Virus record (IMG/VR): IMGVR_UViG_3300034167_000773
Span: 1-62,694 of that record
From: a virus
Lineage: Duplodnaviria > Caudoviricetes
Reading direction: 5' to 3' (one strand)
DNA length: 62,694 nucleotides
Part shown: in pieces, positions 16,615 to 26,842 of the stretch
How positions within the stretch are numbered: position 1 is the first letter of the stretch
Layout of the letters: the number at the start of each line of letters is the position of its first letter
The notes under the pieces: model-generated
Told to the model about the DNA's origin: nothing
Seen by the model: the letters and a program-made list of their open reading frames with translations, nothing else
Databases searched by the model: none
Translations under genes and position numbers: made by a program

Positions 16615-18075
16615 ATGGATGTTAACGTAAATTCCAGTAGTCTCCCTAGGCTCATTGATGCCAGGGCGGTCTCAGGTGCACTTACTGATAGCAATAAGCT
16701 AGATCAGTTGTTGCTTCGCAAGCCTTTCCAATTTGGACAGGTAGTATCTTACCTTTTAGGTAAGCAATATGGTCACTCTTTACAGTGTCTTACTGAGGCT
16801 CTTGGTAGGATTGAAGAGAAAGAAATTGATAGTAATATCTATCAATGGGATGTAGCCTACATGAATGATAGAACTATTAAAATTACTGCTGGTTCTACTT
16901 CTACAGTTTCTAACCTTGGTCTTAACTGTACTCCTGTACAATTGACTTTGGAAGAAAAATGGTTCTCTGGTATTGATAAAGTAAGAACTGATACAGGTGC
17001 TCTTGTAAACATTATTGCTGATCCTATTCAAACTGGTACTGGTTGGTTGTATACTTTCCAATTCTCTGATCCTGCTCAGTATTTTGATCCTAATGATGTT
17101 ATTACTGGTGCTAAATTGAGCAGAGCTTATTCTCCAGTATCTGAGATGTCAGATAGAGGTGGATGGGTAGATTTCTTCTCACCTGCTAAATTTGAGAATT
17201 ACTTCACTACTCACAGAATTGAGCATGCTATTTCTGCTGAAGCTATGAAGCAAAAGATTGCTATTGAGTTGACCAAATCTGATGGATCTAAGACTTTTTC
17301 TTGGATTGAGAAGGCTAAGTGGGAAGCTATGGCACAACTTTTGAAGAGAGAGGAGATTGCACTTATGTATGGTACTATGTCTAAAGGCAATGTACTAGGA
17401 CCTAATGGTAGACCTATCATTGAAGGTGCTGGACTTCGTCAACAGATTTCTAACAGAAATAAGCAGACTTACAACAGACTTTCTTATGACATGCTTCAAG
17501 ATTACTTGATGAACCTATCTTGGATTGCTAATGGTCAATCTGGTGGAGACTTCAAGTTTGTAATGATGACTGGAAGACAAGGTATGATTGAGTTTGATAG
17601 AGCTATTCAAGATAAAGTAAAAAACCTTTCTATCAAGGTTTACGAAGGTGGTCAGTTTGTATCAGGTACTGGTATGAATATGAGCTTTGGTTCACAGTTC
17701 AAAACTTGTATGTTCCCTAATGGTCTTGAGGTTACTGTAGTTCATTGTCCTCTTTATGATGATATTGTTCTTAACAGACAACTTGACCCTGCTACTGGAT
17801 ATCCTTTGGAATCCTCTCGTTTTACTATCTTCAACATTGGTAACAATGCTAATGGTGCTAACCTTGTTAAAGTAACCTTGAAAGGTGCTCAGATGGGTTC
17901 AATCCAAATTGAAGGTATGACTGACATCAATGGTAATTACAAGCAAGGATTTGCTCCTTCTAGTTCTGCTCTTGATGGTGCACAAATCCACATGATTAGA
18001 AGGTCTGGTATCCTTTTGAAAGATCCTCTTTCAGCTGGTGAATTGATTCCTGCTAAGATTGGTAAATTCGTCTAA
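16615..18075 (+). CDS. Major capsid protein (crAss-like, HK97 fold)
   Basis: 486 aa; LTDSNKL, LEEKWF, GRPIIEGAGLRQQI, TGRQGMIEFDRAI and DPATGYPLESSRF recall crAss-like MCPs; synteny. Confidence 0.9.
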   Translation: MDVNVNSSSLPRLIDARAVSGALTDSNKLDQLLLRKPFQFGQVVSYLLGKQYGHSLQCLTEALGRIEEKEIDSNIYQWDVAYMNDRTIKITAGSTSTVSNLGLNCTPVQLTLEEKWFSGIDKVRTDTGALVNIIADPIQTGTGWLYTFQFSDPAQYFDPNDVITGAKLSRAYSPVSEMSDRGGWVDFFSPAKFENYFTTHRIEHAISAEAMKQKIAIELTKSDGSKTFSWIEKAKWEAMAQLLKREEIALMYGTMSKGNVLGPNGRPIIEGAGLRQQISNRNKQTYNRLSYDMLQDYLMNLSWIANGQSGGDFKFVMMTGRQGMIEFDRAIQDKVKNLSIKVYEGGQFVSGTGMNMSFGSQFKTCMFPNGLEVTVVHCPLYDDIVLNRQLDPATGYPLESSRFTIFNIGNNANGANLVKVTLKGAQMGSIQIEGMTDINGNYKQGFAPSSSALDGAQIHMIRRSGILLKDPLSAGELIPAKIGKFV

Positions 18076-18083
18076 TTTTTCTC

Positions 18084-18139
18084 ATGTTGTTGTAGGATAG
18101 GGGCAGAAACTTTTTCTGTTCCCTATCTTATTCCAACAT
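18084..18139 (+). terminator. Long hairpin after the capsid gene, followed by TATATTTG (18139-18146)
   Basis: TAGGATAGGG-GCAGAAA ... TTTCTGT-T-CCCTATCTTA inverted repeat; no clear U tract. Confidence 0.5.
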
Positions 18140-18173
18140 ATATTTGCAACAACAAAGAAATTTAAAAAACAAT

Positions 18174-19034
18174 ATGAAGTATAGATTAAAAAGCATCTCT
18201 AAGAGTTCTTGGGGATTTACAAAAGCAGGTAAAAAATTTACTCAGTTTGATAAGACTAAGTATAGAATTGTAGCATACAAGGATATGTCTAATAACTTTA
18301 TTACCGGTCTTACTAAAGATGATGAAAAGTATTTTGAGGAAAAACTAGGTAAGCCAATGGGATACTTCTCTAATAGAAGTAATTTCTGGTATGATAGTCC
18401 AATGGAATGCTTTGGTGAAATGACTAATGGTTTTTATGTAGAATATGAGGTAGACCTAGATACTGAAGGTAAAGACCAAGGTAAAATTATTGAGACTGGA
18501 GAAGCTGATATTGAGGAAGTATGGAATAACTTAAAGATTAAGTTTCTAACAGTTAATCCATCTATTGCATACAACAGTGCAGTTAATGCACAAGCTATGC
18601 TAGAACTATCTTCACTTTCTGAAGTATCTAAATTAAAGGTTGAGAATAGAAGACATAAAGCTGAGGCTTATGCTAAATATCTTACCCTTACTCCTGAAGA
18701 TAAAAGAAAGTACTTTACAGTTATTACTGGTAAGAGTGCATCTAATCTTTTAGATTCTGCTATTGATGAAAGACTTACAGATTACATTGAAGGGTCTCCT
18801 GTACAAGCTGATACTTTTGTAGCACTTATTGATGATCCTTCTGTAGATGAAAAGTATAAATATAACCAACTATTTCTCTCAGGAAATATTACTAAAGATA
18901 ATAGTGGTTATAAGTTTAATGGTATTCAATTGGGCTTTACATTTGATGAGATTTACAAGTTCTTAAAAGATAAGAAAAATCAGGAACTTAAAGATCTTGT
19001 TAGTAAAGCGTATGATAAAATGCTAACATTATAA
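18174..19034 (+). CDS. Conserved post-capsid protein of crAss-like phages, function unknown
   Basis: Start at ATG 18174; ITGL..DDEKYFEEKLG...SNFW; synteny. Confidence 0.65.
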   Translation: MKYRLKSISKSSWGFTKAGKKFTQFDKTKYRIVAYKDMSNNFITGLTKDDEKYFEEKLGKPMGYFSNRSNFWYDSPMECFGEMTNGFYVEYEVDLDTEGKDQGKIIETGEADIEEVWNNLKIKFLTVNPSIAYNSAVNAQAMLELSSLSEVSKLKVENRRHKAEAYAKYLTLTPEDKRKYFTVITGKSASNLLDSAIDERLTDYIEGSPVQADTFVALIDDPSVDEKYKYNQLFLSGNITKDNSGYKFNGIQLGFTFDEIYKFLKDKKNQELKDLVSKAYDKMLTL

Positions 19035-19038
19035 AAAT

Positions 19039-19671
19039 ATGAATATTATAGAATGGCATCAAGCATTTAAGGTACAACTAGATACTCTTGATACTCAAGG
19101 GGCTCTACGTCTACAACCTGAGGTGGTTGATGTATTCTTTAATAAAGCTATTAATAAGATAATGATAGAACTTTATGATTCTTTTGAAGAATCTCAAGAA
19201 CTATCTGATGCATTATCTTCACAAACTATTATAACAAGTTGTACTGTAAACCCAACAACTGTACCTAATCAATGGAAAGTTTCTTTTCCATCTGATTATT
19301 ATCACCATTTGCAATCTAATGCAACTCTTAAGATTGGTACTGTAACTGGTTATGTTAGAACAGTTAAACAACTACTTGATAATGAGAGTAAGATTATAGA
19401 TAGTCCATTTGAGAGAGCAAATGATACAGAAATTCCTATCTTCTTTAAAGCTGGTGGAATTTATGCATATACTCCTCCTGGGTATACTTTAGATAGTTTT
19501 AATATAACTTATTTAAAGAATCCTATTATAGTCTCGTATAAACAAAATATAGACAGTGACATTGATGAGTATCTCCATGAGAGAATTATTAACCTAGCTG
19601 TTATATATGCACTTGAAACTTATGGTTCTGAAAGGACACCATCTAAAGTGCAAATTAAAGATGTCAATTAA
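19039..19671 (+). CDS. Tail ring / head-tail connector protein
   Basis: PEVVDVFFNKA, ITYLKNP, LHERIINLAV motifs; synteny with crAss001 ring proteins. Confidence 0.7.
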   Translation: MNIIEWHQAFKVQLDTLDTQGALRLQPEVVDVFFNKAINKIMIELYDSFEESQELSDALSSQTIITSCTVNPTTVPNQWKVSFPSDYYHHLQSNATLKIGTVTGYVRTVKQLLDNESKIIDSPFERANDTEIPIFFKAGGIYAYTPPGYTLDSFNITYLKNPIIVSYKQNIDSDIDEYLHERIINLAVIYALETYGSERTPSKVQIKDVN

Positions 19672-19706
19672 ATAAATTTTATAAACTAAAAAACAAATTA
19701 AAAAAA

Positions 19707-21035
19707 ATGGAACTTTTAAAAGTTTTCGTAGGTGATGGTGGTACAACTGGTACTACTGTCAATAATATGATAGAAGGAGATTTGCTTCTTGTAACTGCTA
19801 ATGATCATGTTAAACTTACTGCCTCAATTGCAGCAGGACTTGCTGACAATGTACTTGTACAAATTGTTGCTAAAAATTCTAAAGGATTGAAATTTTCAAC
19901 TCCAATGAAAAGATCAGAAGTATCTTATGTTAATTACAAAGCAAAACAATCAGTTGCTCAAAAAGTAATGAATGTAGGTTTTGGATTTTCAACTACTACA
20001 CTATCTGATTTTAATAGTAAAACATTTACTCTTGGAGTACAGATTAAAGAAGATTTGAGGATGGGTACTTATAACAAGAATACTGAAATTCTTGCTTCTC
20101 ATGTATGTCCTTCAACTGCATATGCTTCTGTAACTAAATTGCTTGAAGATATGAGCGGTAATCTTGCTAAAGGTTTTGCTGCTAATCCTCTTACTTCTGC
20201 AGGTTCCCCTTATCAATTAGTAAAAATTGAAAGAGTAAGTACTGCTACTAAAACTAGTCTTGCTATTGCAACTGAAACTTTTACATTTACTAAAGGTTCA
20301 AGAATGGTAACTATTGGTACTGATGTAGCTTCTACATTTACAGCTGGAAAAATTCTTTCTGTAGGTCAAGGTTCTAGTACTTATGATGCAATTTATGTTG
20401 TTGAGAAAAAAGGTGTTTATGATAGTGGAACAACAACTACTACTTTTTATCTTGATACTGCTTATCAAGGAGAAAGTTCTACTAATCTTGTTGCTACAGG
20501 AACTACTTCTGGAACTACTGTAGGTTCTTTGTCTGCATTAACTGTAGCTGATTTAGATTTTAAAGTTACTGGTATTGCTCAAACAAGAACTAATAGATAT
20601 GACCAATCTAGAGTTATTGATTTTGTGATTGTATCTCCTAAAGGATTTGATGGTCCTGATGATATTGCTGTTACAACTGAAAGCGGATTTCAATATCCAA
20701 TTGGTTCATGGGCTCAAGTAAGAGATCTTGAAGAAAAAGCATTCACTAATGTTAATCCTTTGATTAACTATAGAGAGTTTCCTTTTGAAGATTTTGCTCT
20801 TAATGTTAATGCTATTGCTACTAGTGCAGAATTTAATCAATTTGTATTAGTTCATTCTGCTGGAAATGGTTACAATTACATGCAATCTTCTAGTAAAGAT
20901 TTTCCACAAACTACAATTGCTGCTGTTGTTTCAGGTACTAATGATGGTACAGTAGGTTCTGATAATTATTTTGGTAGTGTTCTTACTGCTTGGTGGTCTA
21001 AAGATTCTACTCCAACTTCTGCACAATTTGCTTAA
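19707..21035 (+). CDS. Structural protein, probable auxiliary capsid protein
   Basis: Thr/Gly/Ala-rich, strong A-rich leader, GSWAQVRDLEE motif, followed by a terminator; synteny. Confidence 0.6.
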   Translation: MELLKVFVGDGGTTGTTVNNMIEGDLLLVTANDHVKLTASIAAGLADNVLVQIVAKNSKGLKFSTPMKRSEVSYVNYKAKQSVAQKVMNVGFGFSTTTLSDFNSKTFTLGVQIKEDLRMGTYNKNTEILASHVCPSTAYASVTKLLEDMSGNLAKGFAANPLTSAGSPYQLVKIERVSTATKTSLAIATETFTFTKGSRMVTIGTDVASTFTAGKILSVGQGSSTYDAIYVVEKKGVYDSGTTTTTFYLDTAYQGESSTNLVATGTTSGTTVGSLSALTVADLDFKVTGIAQTRTNRYDQSRVIDFVIVSPKGFDGPDDIAVTTESGFQYPIGSWAQVRDLEEKAFTNVNPLINYREFPFEDFALNVNAIATSAEFNQFVLVHSAGNGYNYMQSSSKDFPQTTIAAVVSGTNDGTVGSDNYFGSVLTAWWSKDSTPTSAQFA

Positions 21036-21058
21036 GATATAACGGAGACTCACAGTTG

Positions 21059-21089
21059 GAGGGAAGAGAAATCTTCCCTCTTTCTTTTT
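21059..21089 (+). terminator. Rho-independent terminator
   Basis: GAGGGAAGA-GAAA-TCTTCCCTC followed by TTTCTTTTT. Confidence 0.8.
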
Positions 21090-21098
21090 ATATACTTT

Positions 21099-21105
21099 CG
21101 TATAA
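21099..21105 (+). promoter_or_regulatory. CGTATAA putative late promoter re-initiating after the terminator
   Basis: Between the terminator and ATG 21112 (6-nt gap). Confidence 0.7.
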
Positions 21106-21111
21106 AAACAT

Positions 21112-21768
21112 ATGTTACTATCTAAGATAATATATACCATTCAAGAGCTTAGGAGTAAGTTCTCTCAATCAGATGATAACCCCCTATCTGATAGACAAGT
21201 ACTCTTTATCTTGAATTACTATAGATCTTTTCTTATTAGACAAGATATGGAGAAGGGTAGACCTTTATCTCCATTTATTATACAAGAGTTAACTTTAGAT
21301 CTTGAGAAGGTAGATAAAGGTATTGGCTTTGTTACTAATGATATGATTCTTAGAACTAAGATTAACATTCCTAAGCCTATAGAAGGTCATATGCATGACT
21401 ACTTAACTTATGTAGGTAGAGCAGACTTTGAAGATAGATGGACACAGCTTGATTTACAGTCACTTAAATCAGTAAGCTATACTAGACATGCAGGTAGATT
21501 TCCTAGATGGTTTGCTAGAGAAAGTTATATATATGTAAAGTTTCCTCCTACTTGTACAGTAAGTAAAGTATTAGTTAGAGGAGTATTTGAGGAGCCGGAA
21601 TTAGTTGCAAAACTTGCTGGTAAGATACTTCCATTTCAAGGTCAAGAGTGGGACTATCCTATCTCTAATAATATGTTATCTACTATTATTAAGATGCTTG
21701 AGGATTCAGAATTTAGGTTTACATTTGCTATTCCTAAAGACCATGAAAATGACGGAAGTCAACAGTAA
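21112..21768 (+). CDS. Tail ring protein
   Basis: SDDNPLSDRQVLFILNYYRSFLIRQ...VRGVFEEP...YPI pattern of crAss-like ring proteins. Confidence 0.75.
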   Translation: MLLSKIIYTIQELRSKFSQSDDNPLSDRQVLFILNYYRSFLIRQDMEKGRPLSPFIIQELTLDLEKVDKGIGFVTNDMILRTKINIPKPIEGHMHDYLTYVGRADFEDRWTQLDLQSLKSVSYTRHAGRFPRWFARESYIYVKFPPTCTVSKVLVRGVFEEPELVAKLAGKILPFQGQEWDYPISNNMLSTIIKMLEDSEFRFTFAIPKDHENDGSQQ

Positions 21769-22210
21769 GGGAAATTTCCTTGCTGTATATCCTAAACTAA
21801 AAGATCTGCCTTATGATAAAATCATAAAGGAGTTTCAAAAGGTATTATATGCTCACCTATTTAAAGGTAAGGTAATAGAAACTCATATAGGTACTTTTGA
21901 AATAATAAGATTTAAACCTGTTAGAGAGTTTAAGAAAAAACCTATAGATTTTAAAGCAACTAAAGAAGAAGGGTTTACTATTAGACATTTAAATGATCAT
22001 ACTAATGGGTATGCTTGTATGGTAAACTTTACTCCTAAAGCTTTCTTTAGTAAATATAAGTTTAAGACAGTCAGAGTATTAGCTAGGTCTCTTGCAGCCT
22101 ATATACTTCAAAACAAAGACTCGTATAAGTTATATTATGAAGTTAGCAAATATAAACACAGTAATATACAGGCTGGAACAGTTGGTAGTGGAGCCACTCC
22201 CAATAGCTGA
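21749..22210 (+). CDS. IHF-like protein of the crAss-like tail module
   Basis: IGTFEII..KP...IDFKAT...IRHLNDHTNGY; start placed at ATG 21749. Confidence 0.6.
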   Translation: MTEVNSKGNFLAVYPKLKDLPYDKIIKEFQKVLYAHLFKGKVIETHIGTFEIIRFKPVREFKKKPIDFKATKEEGFTIRHLNDHTNGYACMVNFTPKAFFSKYKFKTVRVLARSLAAYILQNKDSYKLYYEVSKYKHSNIQAGTVGSGATPNS

Positions 22211-22946
22211 TTGTTATGAATGGATAGCTGCTGCATTACAGCATATTGGTGGAGATTATCCACAAGTTTTAAAAGATATAGATCTTGAAATAGAAAACTA
22301 TAGAGCAGAAGTTCCTTGTGATATGGTTAACTTCCTAAGACTATTAAAAGTTGAAACTCCTGATAAACAGCAAGAAACTTTTATAGAAGAAACTCGTCTT
22401 CCTAATTATCTTGAGACATCTTATATGTATGCTAATAGAAGAGTAAACTTTCATGAGCCTACACAACAACATAATCCTTTTAATAACTCTATTAAACACT
22501 CAGTTAATAACTGGTTAACTCCTGAGAATGATTTAACTTGGAACTCAAATCTTGATTATAGAATTGAGAATAACCATTTTCTTTTTAATATTGAGAAGGG
22601 AACTATTACTATACAGTACTGGGCAATTCCTACAGATGAGAATGAGTTACCAATGATACCAGATACAGAAGCTTTTATTGAGGCTTTGATGTGGTACTGT
22701 TGTAAACAACTTTCTTATCAAGGATACAAGTTTAAAAATCAAGAATTTAAGATGATGTTCTTTGAGCAGAAGTGGAATAGGTATTGTTTGCAAGCTAGAA
22801 CAGAAGGTAGAATGCCAGACATTCATATGTTACAAAGACTTTCTAATGAGAACATGAGACTTCTCCCAATAACTAATCATTACTATACCTCATTTAGGTA
22901 CTTGGGAATTATGCAACAACAAAATAGACACGGAAGATTTAGATAA
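22137..22946 (+). CDS. Tail ring / tubular protein
   Basis: EWIAAAL..IG, IENYRAEVPCD, YWAIPTDENELPMIPD, WNRYCLQAR; start at ATG 22137, 8 nt after CGTATAA (22122-22128). Confidence 0.8.
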   Translation: MKLANINTVIYRLEQLVVEPLPIADCYEWIAAALQHIGGDYPQVLKDIDLEIENYRAEVPCDMVNFLRLLKVETPDKQQETFIEETRLPNYLETSYMYANRRVNFHEPTQQHNPFNNSIKHSVNNWLTPENDLTWNSNLDYRIENNHFLFNIEKGTITIQYWAIPTDENELPMIPDTEAFIEALMWYCCKQLSYQGYKFKNQEFKMMFFEQKWNRYCLQARTEGRMPDIHMLQRLSNENMRLLPITNHYYTSFRYLGIMQQQNRHGRFR

Positions 22947-22951
22947 AACTT

Positions 22952-25900
22952 ATGGAAGGAACAAATAGTTTTGAGAAAGGATTGCATAGGAGTAATAGTC
23001 CTCAAATGCAGCCAGAAGGCAGCTATGTAGATGCACTTAACTGGATCAGAAATGATAGTGGCAGATTAACTAATGAAGAAATTGAAGAAATAATACAACC
23101 TTTAACAGATGCTGTTTCTTATAAATATTTAGGTTCTTGTCCTGTACAAGATTCATTTATTATATTCTTTCAACAATTAGGTAATGATGGAAACTTATAT
23201 TCTGAGATAGGTATATTTAATAACAATAATCCAAATCAACCTTATACAAGAATATTTAATGATTTTTTTACCAATCCTGTTTATAGATTAAATTTTAATA
23301 ACTCTATTGATAGTGTTGCTAGAATAAATAATAAAGAAGAAATAGTTGTTTATTTTGTAGAAGAAGGTAATGTTCCAAGAAGATTTAATATTACAGAATT
23401 TGAAAATACAGGAAAATATTCTTCACTAGCTTATAATATTATAGATGACTGGAATTTACAATTAAATATTAAAATCCCACATGCAAATTTAATTGTTGAA
23501 GATGATGGAGGTAGTATTCCTTCAGGAACGTATTCTGTATGTTTAAGATATATAACAGATATAAATAATAAAACTACTTTTGGTATACCTAGTAGAATGA
23601 TTTATATTACTAATGATACAGGTAAAAGTATTACAGTTGATGGTTGTCCCCCTCAAACACAAACAGATAAAAAAATTAAAATACAGCCTATAAATATTGA
23701 TACTAATTATCCTTATATAGAACCTGTTATTATAACTTATGTAGGAATAACTAATGTATTAGTTATTAAAAGTTTAGGATTATATGTTAATGATGGTAGA
23801 CCTATTTACTTTCAAGATGAATCTCAATATAAAGAAAGTGTATCTCTTGAAGAAATAAATGAAAACCCTATATTTTATTCAAGTGCTAAATGCATAGAAC
23901 AAAAAGATAATATACTTATTATCTCTAATTTAACTGGAAAAAAATATGATAGAGATTTTCAAAAAATAGCTAATGATATAAAAGTTGTATGGTATTATGA
24001 TACAAGTTATACTGATCCAAATACAGGAAGATTTTATGTTAGTGATTACATAGATAAAACTAATAGTACAAATCAAGGAGGTTCTTTAGGTACTTCAGTT
24101 GGATATTATGATGATAATGGAGATGAAAATGGTGATAGTGATGATGATCTTTTTGGAGATGGTTTAAAAAATATGATTAGTAAAGCATATACTAGTTCTG
24201 CATATGAATTTCATTATAAAGATGGAATTGAAAAAAAAGGTTTTACTAGAGGAGAAGTATATTCATTTTCTATTACTCCTATTTATAAAGATGGAAGTTT
24301 AGGATTTGCATATCATGTTCCTGCTAAACCCTATACAACTACTAATGGAGAAACAACAACAGATGTTTTTGTATCATCAGAAAGTTATCCTGATTATTTA
24401 TTAAATGATTTAAATTTTCCTTACAACTCAACTGTTAGTGATGGTAAAATAAGACATCATAGAATGCCTGATTATAATAGTTCAGGTGATATGAAATGTT
24501 TAGATATTTCAAAAGGTGTATTAAAAATAAAATTTGAAAATATAGTTTTTTCACAAACACAAAAAAACTTAATTCAAGGATATATTATAGGATATCAACC
24601 TAGATCAAATAATGAAAATACTAGAATTATAGAACATGGTTGGGCAAAACCATATATAGCAAATGGTAATTTTAAAATGAATTCTTTTTTTAGTGGAAGT
24701 TGTTATAATCAATTTAATGATGGATCAACTATGTCATCAAATTTATTTGATACAGGATACATGTATTACTCTCCAGAAACAGAATTAGGTGTAGAGTTAA
24801 ACAGTTCATATAAAATGCAATTTTATGGTTGGGCAACAGAAAGAACTACAAATGGAAATAAACTTTTTAAGTTTATGGATTTTAACAGTGATTATAAAAA
24901 AATGAGAAATAGTAATTCTGGAGCATTTTTTGATCACTTTGAAACTATTGATGATCCTAATGTTGGTGCATATACATTAAATGATATTAAATATACAATT
25001 AAAATTGATGCAATTGGAGAAGGTAATAAAACTATTTTAGGAAAATATAGAATAGAATTTAGTAAAGTTTATTATCATATTGAATCTGAAAGTAATAATC
25101 AAATATTTTTAAGTTTATCTTGGCCAATTTATTACATTGATAATATTCTTGGTTTTGATTATCAACTTAGAAATCAACCTGATGCAGGTAATGCAAGACA
25201 AATAATGAATTTAAATATTGCTAAAAATCAATATTTACCTTTATTTAGAATTGTAAATGATATAGATTTTCAATATGGTCAACTTCAAAATGCTGAATAT
25301 ATACCTTCTGAAATAATATATGATGTAAATCAAACTACAATTTTAGATGTTGAAGGAGATACATTTTTAACTAAATATTTTCATCACAATCTTGATGGTT
25401 ATAGAAATAGTTTTACAGGAAGTGGGTATGATAGTAATAGTGATGTTTATAATTTTGAATATATAGCTGGAATATGGTATGAATCAAAAAATAATTATGC
25501 TTTAAGACATTATGATGAATTAAATAATGAACTTCCTTATTATCCTAAACTTGATGTATTAAATAATATAAATACTCCAAAAGGAATAGTTAATTATGAA
25601 TGGTATAAAAGAGGTTTTGGATATAATAAACAATACTCTGCATCTAATAATTTTAAAGAACAATTTGCTAAACCTTTATTTTTTAATGAAATAACAAACT
25701 ACTCAAATAGAAGTATATATTCTAAACAATCATTTGAAAATGAGTTAATAGATCAATATAGAAATTTTCCTGCTTTACAATATCATGATATTCCTAAACA
25801 TAGAGGAGTAATTACAGATACATTTGTATTTAATAATAACTTCTTTCATCATACAGAATATGGATTATGGTTATCTTACTTTAATCCTAATACTGTACAA

Positions 25901-26842
25901 TCTACAACTCAAGGAGATGTAGTACTTGGTAATGCTGGAATCTTTAAAATACCATCTAAACTTATTCTTGATATTAAAGGAGGTTATATGGGAACTATGG
26001 ATAAAAGTGGAACTAATACTCCATTTGGTAGAGTATTCTTAGATCATAAACAAGGTAAGATATTTTTATTTGCTGGAGAAAGTCCTGTAGAAATATCAGA
26101 TTTAGGTCTATTCTCATTTTTTAGAGACTTTGTAAATACTACTGATAAGTATACAATGGGATATGATTGGGCTAATAAAAGATTATTGATTAATAATATT
26201 ACTCAAGAAAAAGCTATCTCTTATTATCCTAAAACTGAAACTTGGACATCATTACATGTTTTTTCTCCAGTAGAATATTTTACTACTAATGGATATTCTT
26301 ATGCTTATAATAATAATGAATTCTTTAATCTTAATAATTTAAATGGTCTTAGAAAAGATTCTTATATAACATTTGTAGAAAATACTCAACCTGATGCTTT
26401 TAAAAGATTTGATAGAATAGAAATGAATACTATGTCAGGTGGTAATGCTGGAGTAAATTTTCCAGGGTTTGTAGAACCTAATAGTTATATTTTTAATGAT
26501 GAATCTTTTAGTAAAATTCATTGTTGGACAGATAGACAAAATACTACTGATTTAACATTTGCATATGAACCTAATCATGATTATAACAATAACTTTTTAA
26601 ATAGTTATAATCCTTCTTTAGTACCTGCTAATTATTATAAAAGTTCTTTTCATGCTGAATTTCCATTAGATGCAGTAGTAAATCCTTATGCTAATATTTT
26701 TGATAATAACAACTTAAATATTAATGCAGACTTTAGAGCACACATGAAAGGTAAGTTTTTGTACACTAAGCTTTCGTATAATGGTACTAATCCTTTAGTT
26801 TTAAATTACATTAAAACATTCTTTAAACCTACTGTTGCATAA
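22952..26842 (+). CDS. Muzzle / tail stabilisation protein
   Basis: 1296 aa; NSFEKGL...QPEGSYVDALN N-terminus and GFTRGEVYSFSI motif; synteny. Confidence 0.8.
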   Translation: MEGTNSFEKGLHRSNSPQMQPEGSYVDALNWIRNDSGRLTNEEIEEIIQPLTDAVSYKYLGSCPVQDSFIIFFQQLGNDGNLYSEIGIFNNNNPNQPYTRIFNDFFTNPVYRLNFNNSIDSVARINNKEEIVVYFVEEGNVPRRFNITEFENTGKYSSLAYNIIDDWNLQLNIKIPHANLIVEDDGGSIPSGTYSVCLRYITDINNKTTFGIPSRMIYITNDTGKSITVDGCPPQTQTDKKIKIQPINIDTNYPYIEPVIITYVGITNVLVIKSLGLYVNDGRPIYFQDESQYKESVSLEEINENPIFYSSAKCIEQKDNILIISNLTGKKYDRDFQKIANDIKVVWYYDTSYTDPNTGRFYVSDYIDKTNSTNQGGSLGTSVGYYDDNGDENGDSDDDLFGDGLKNMISKAYTSSAYEFHYKDGIEKKGFTRGEVYSFSITPIYKDGSLGFAYHVPAKPYTTTNGETTTDVFVSSESYPDYLLNDLNFPYNSTVSDGKIRHHRMPDYNSSGDMKCLDISKGVLKIKFENIVFSQTQKNLIQGYIIGYQPRSNNENTRIIEHGWAKPYIANGNFKMNSFFSGSCYNQFNDGSTMSSNLFDTGYMYYSPETELGVELNSSYKMQFYGWATERTTNGNKLFKFMDFNSDYKKMRNSNSGAFFDHFETIDDPNVGAYTLNDIKYTIKIDAIGEGNKTILGKYRIEFSKVYYHIESESNNQIFLSLSWPIYYIDNILGFDYQLRNQPDAGNARQIMNLNIAKNQYLPLFRIVNDIDFQYGQLQNAEYIPSEIIYDVNQTTILDVEGDTFLTKYFHHNLDGYRNSFTGSGYDSNSDVYNFEYIAGIWYESKNNYALRHYDELNNELPYYPKLDVLNNINTPKGIVNYEWYKRGFGYNKQYSASNNFKEQFAKPLFFNEITNYSNRSIYSKQSFENELIDQYRNFPALQYHDIPKHRGVITDTFVFNNNFFHHTEYGLWLSYFNPNTVQSTTQGDVVLGNAGIFKIPSKLILDIKGGYMGTMDKSGTNTPFGRVFLDHKQGKIFLFAGESPVEISDLGLFSFFRDFVNTTDKYTMGYDWANKRLLINNITQEKAISYYPKTETWTSLHVFSPVEYFTTNGYSYAYNNNEFFNLNNLNGLRKDSYITFVENTQPDAFKRFDRIEMNTMSGGNAGVNFPGFVEPNSYIFNDESFSKIHCWTDRQNTTDLTFAYEPNHDYNNNFLNSYNPSLVPANYYKSSFHAEFPLDAVVNPYANIFDNNNLNINADFRAHMKGKFLYTKLSYNGTNPLVLNYIKTFFKPTVA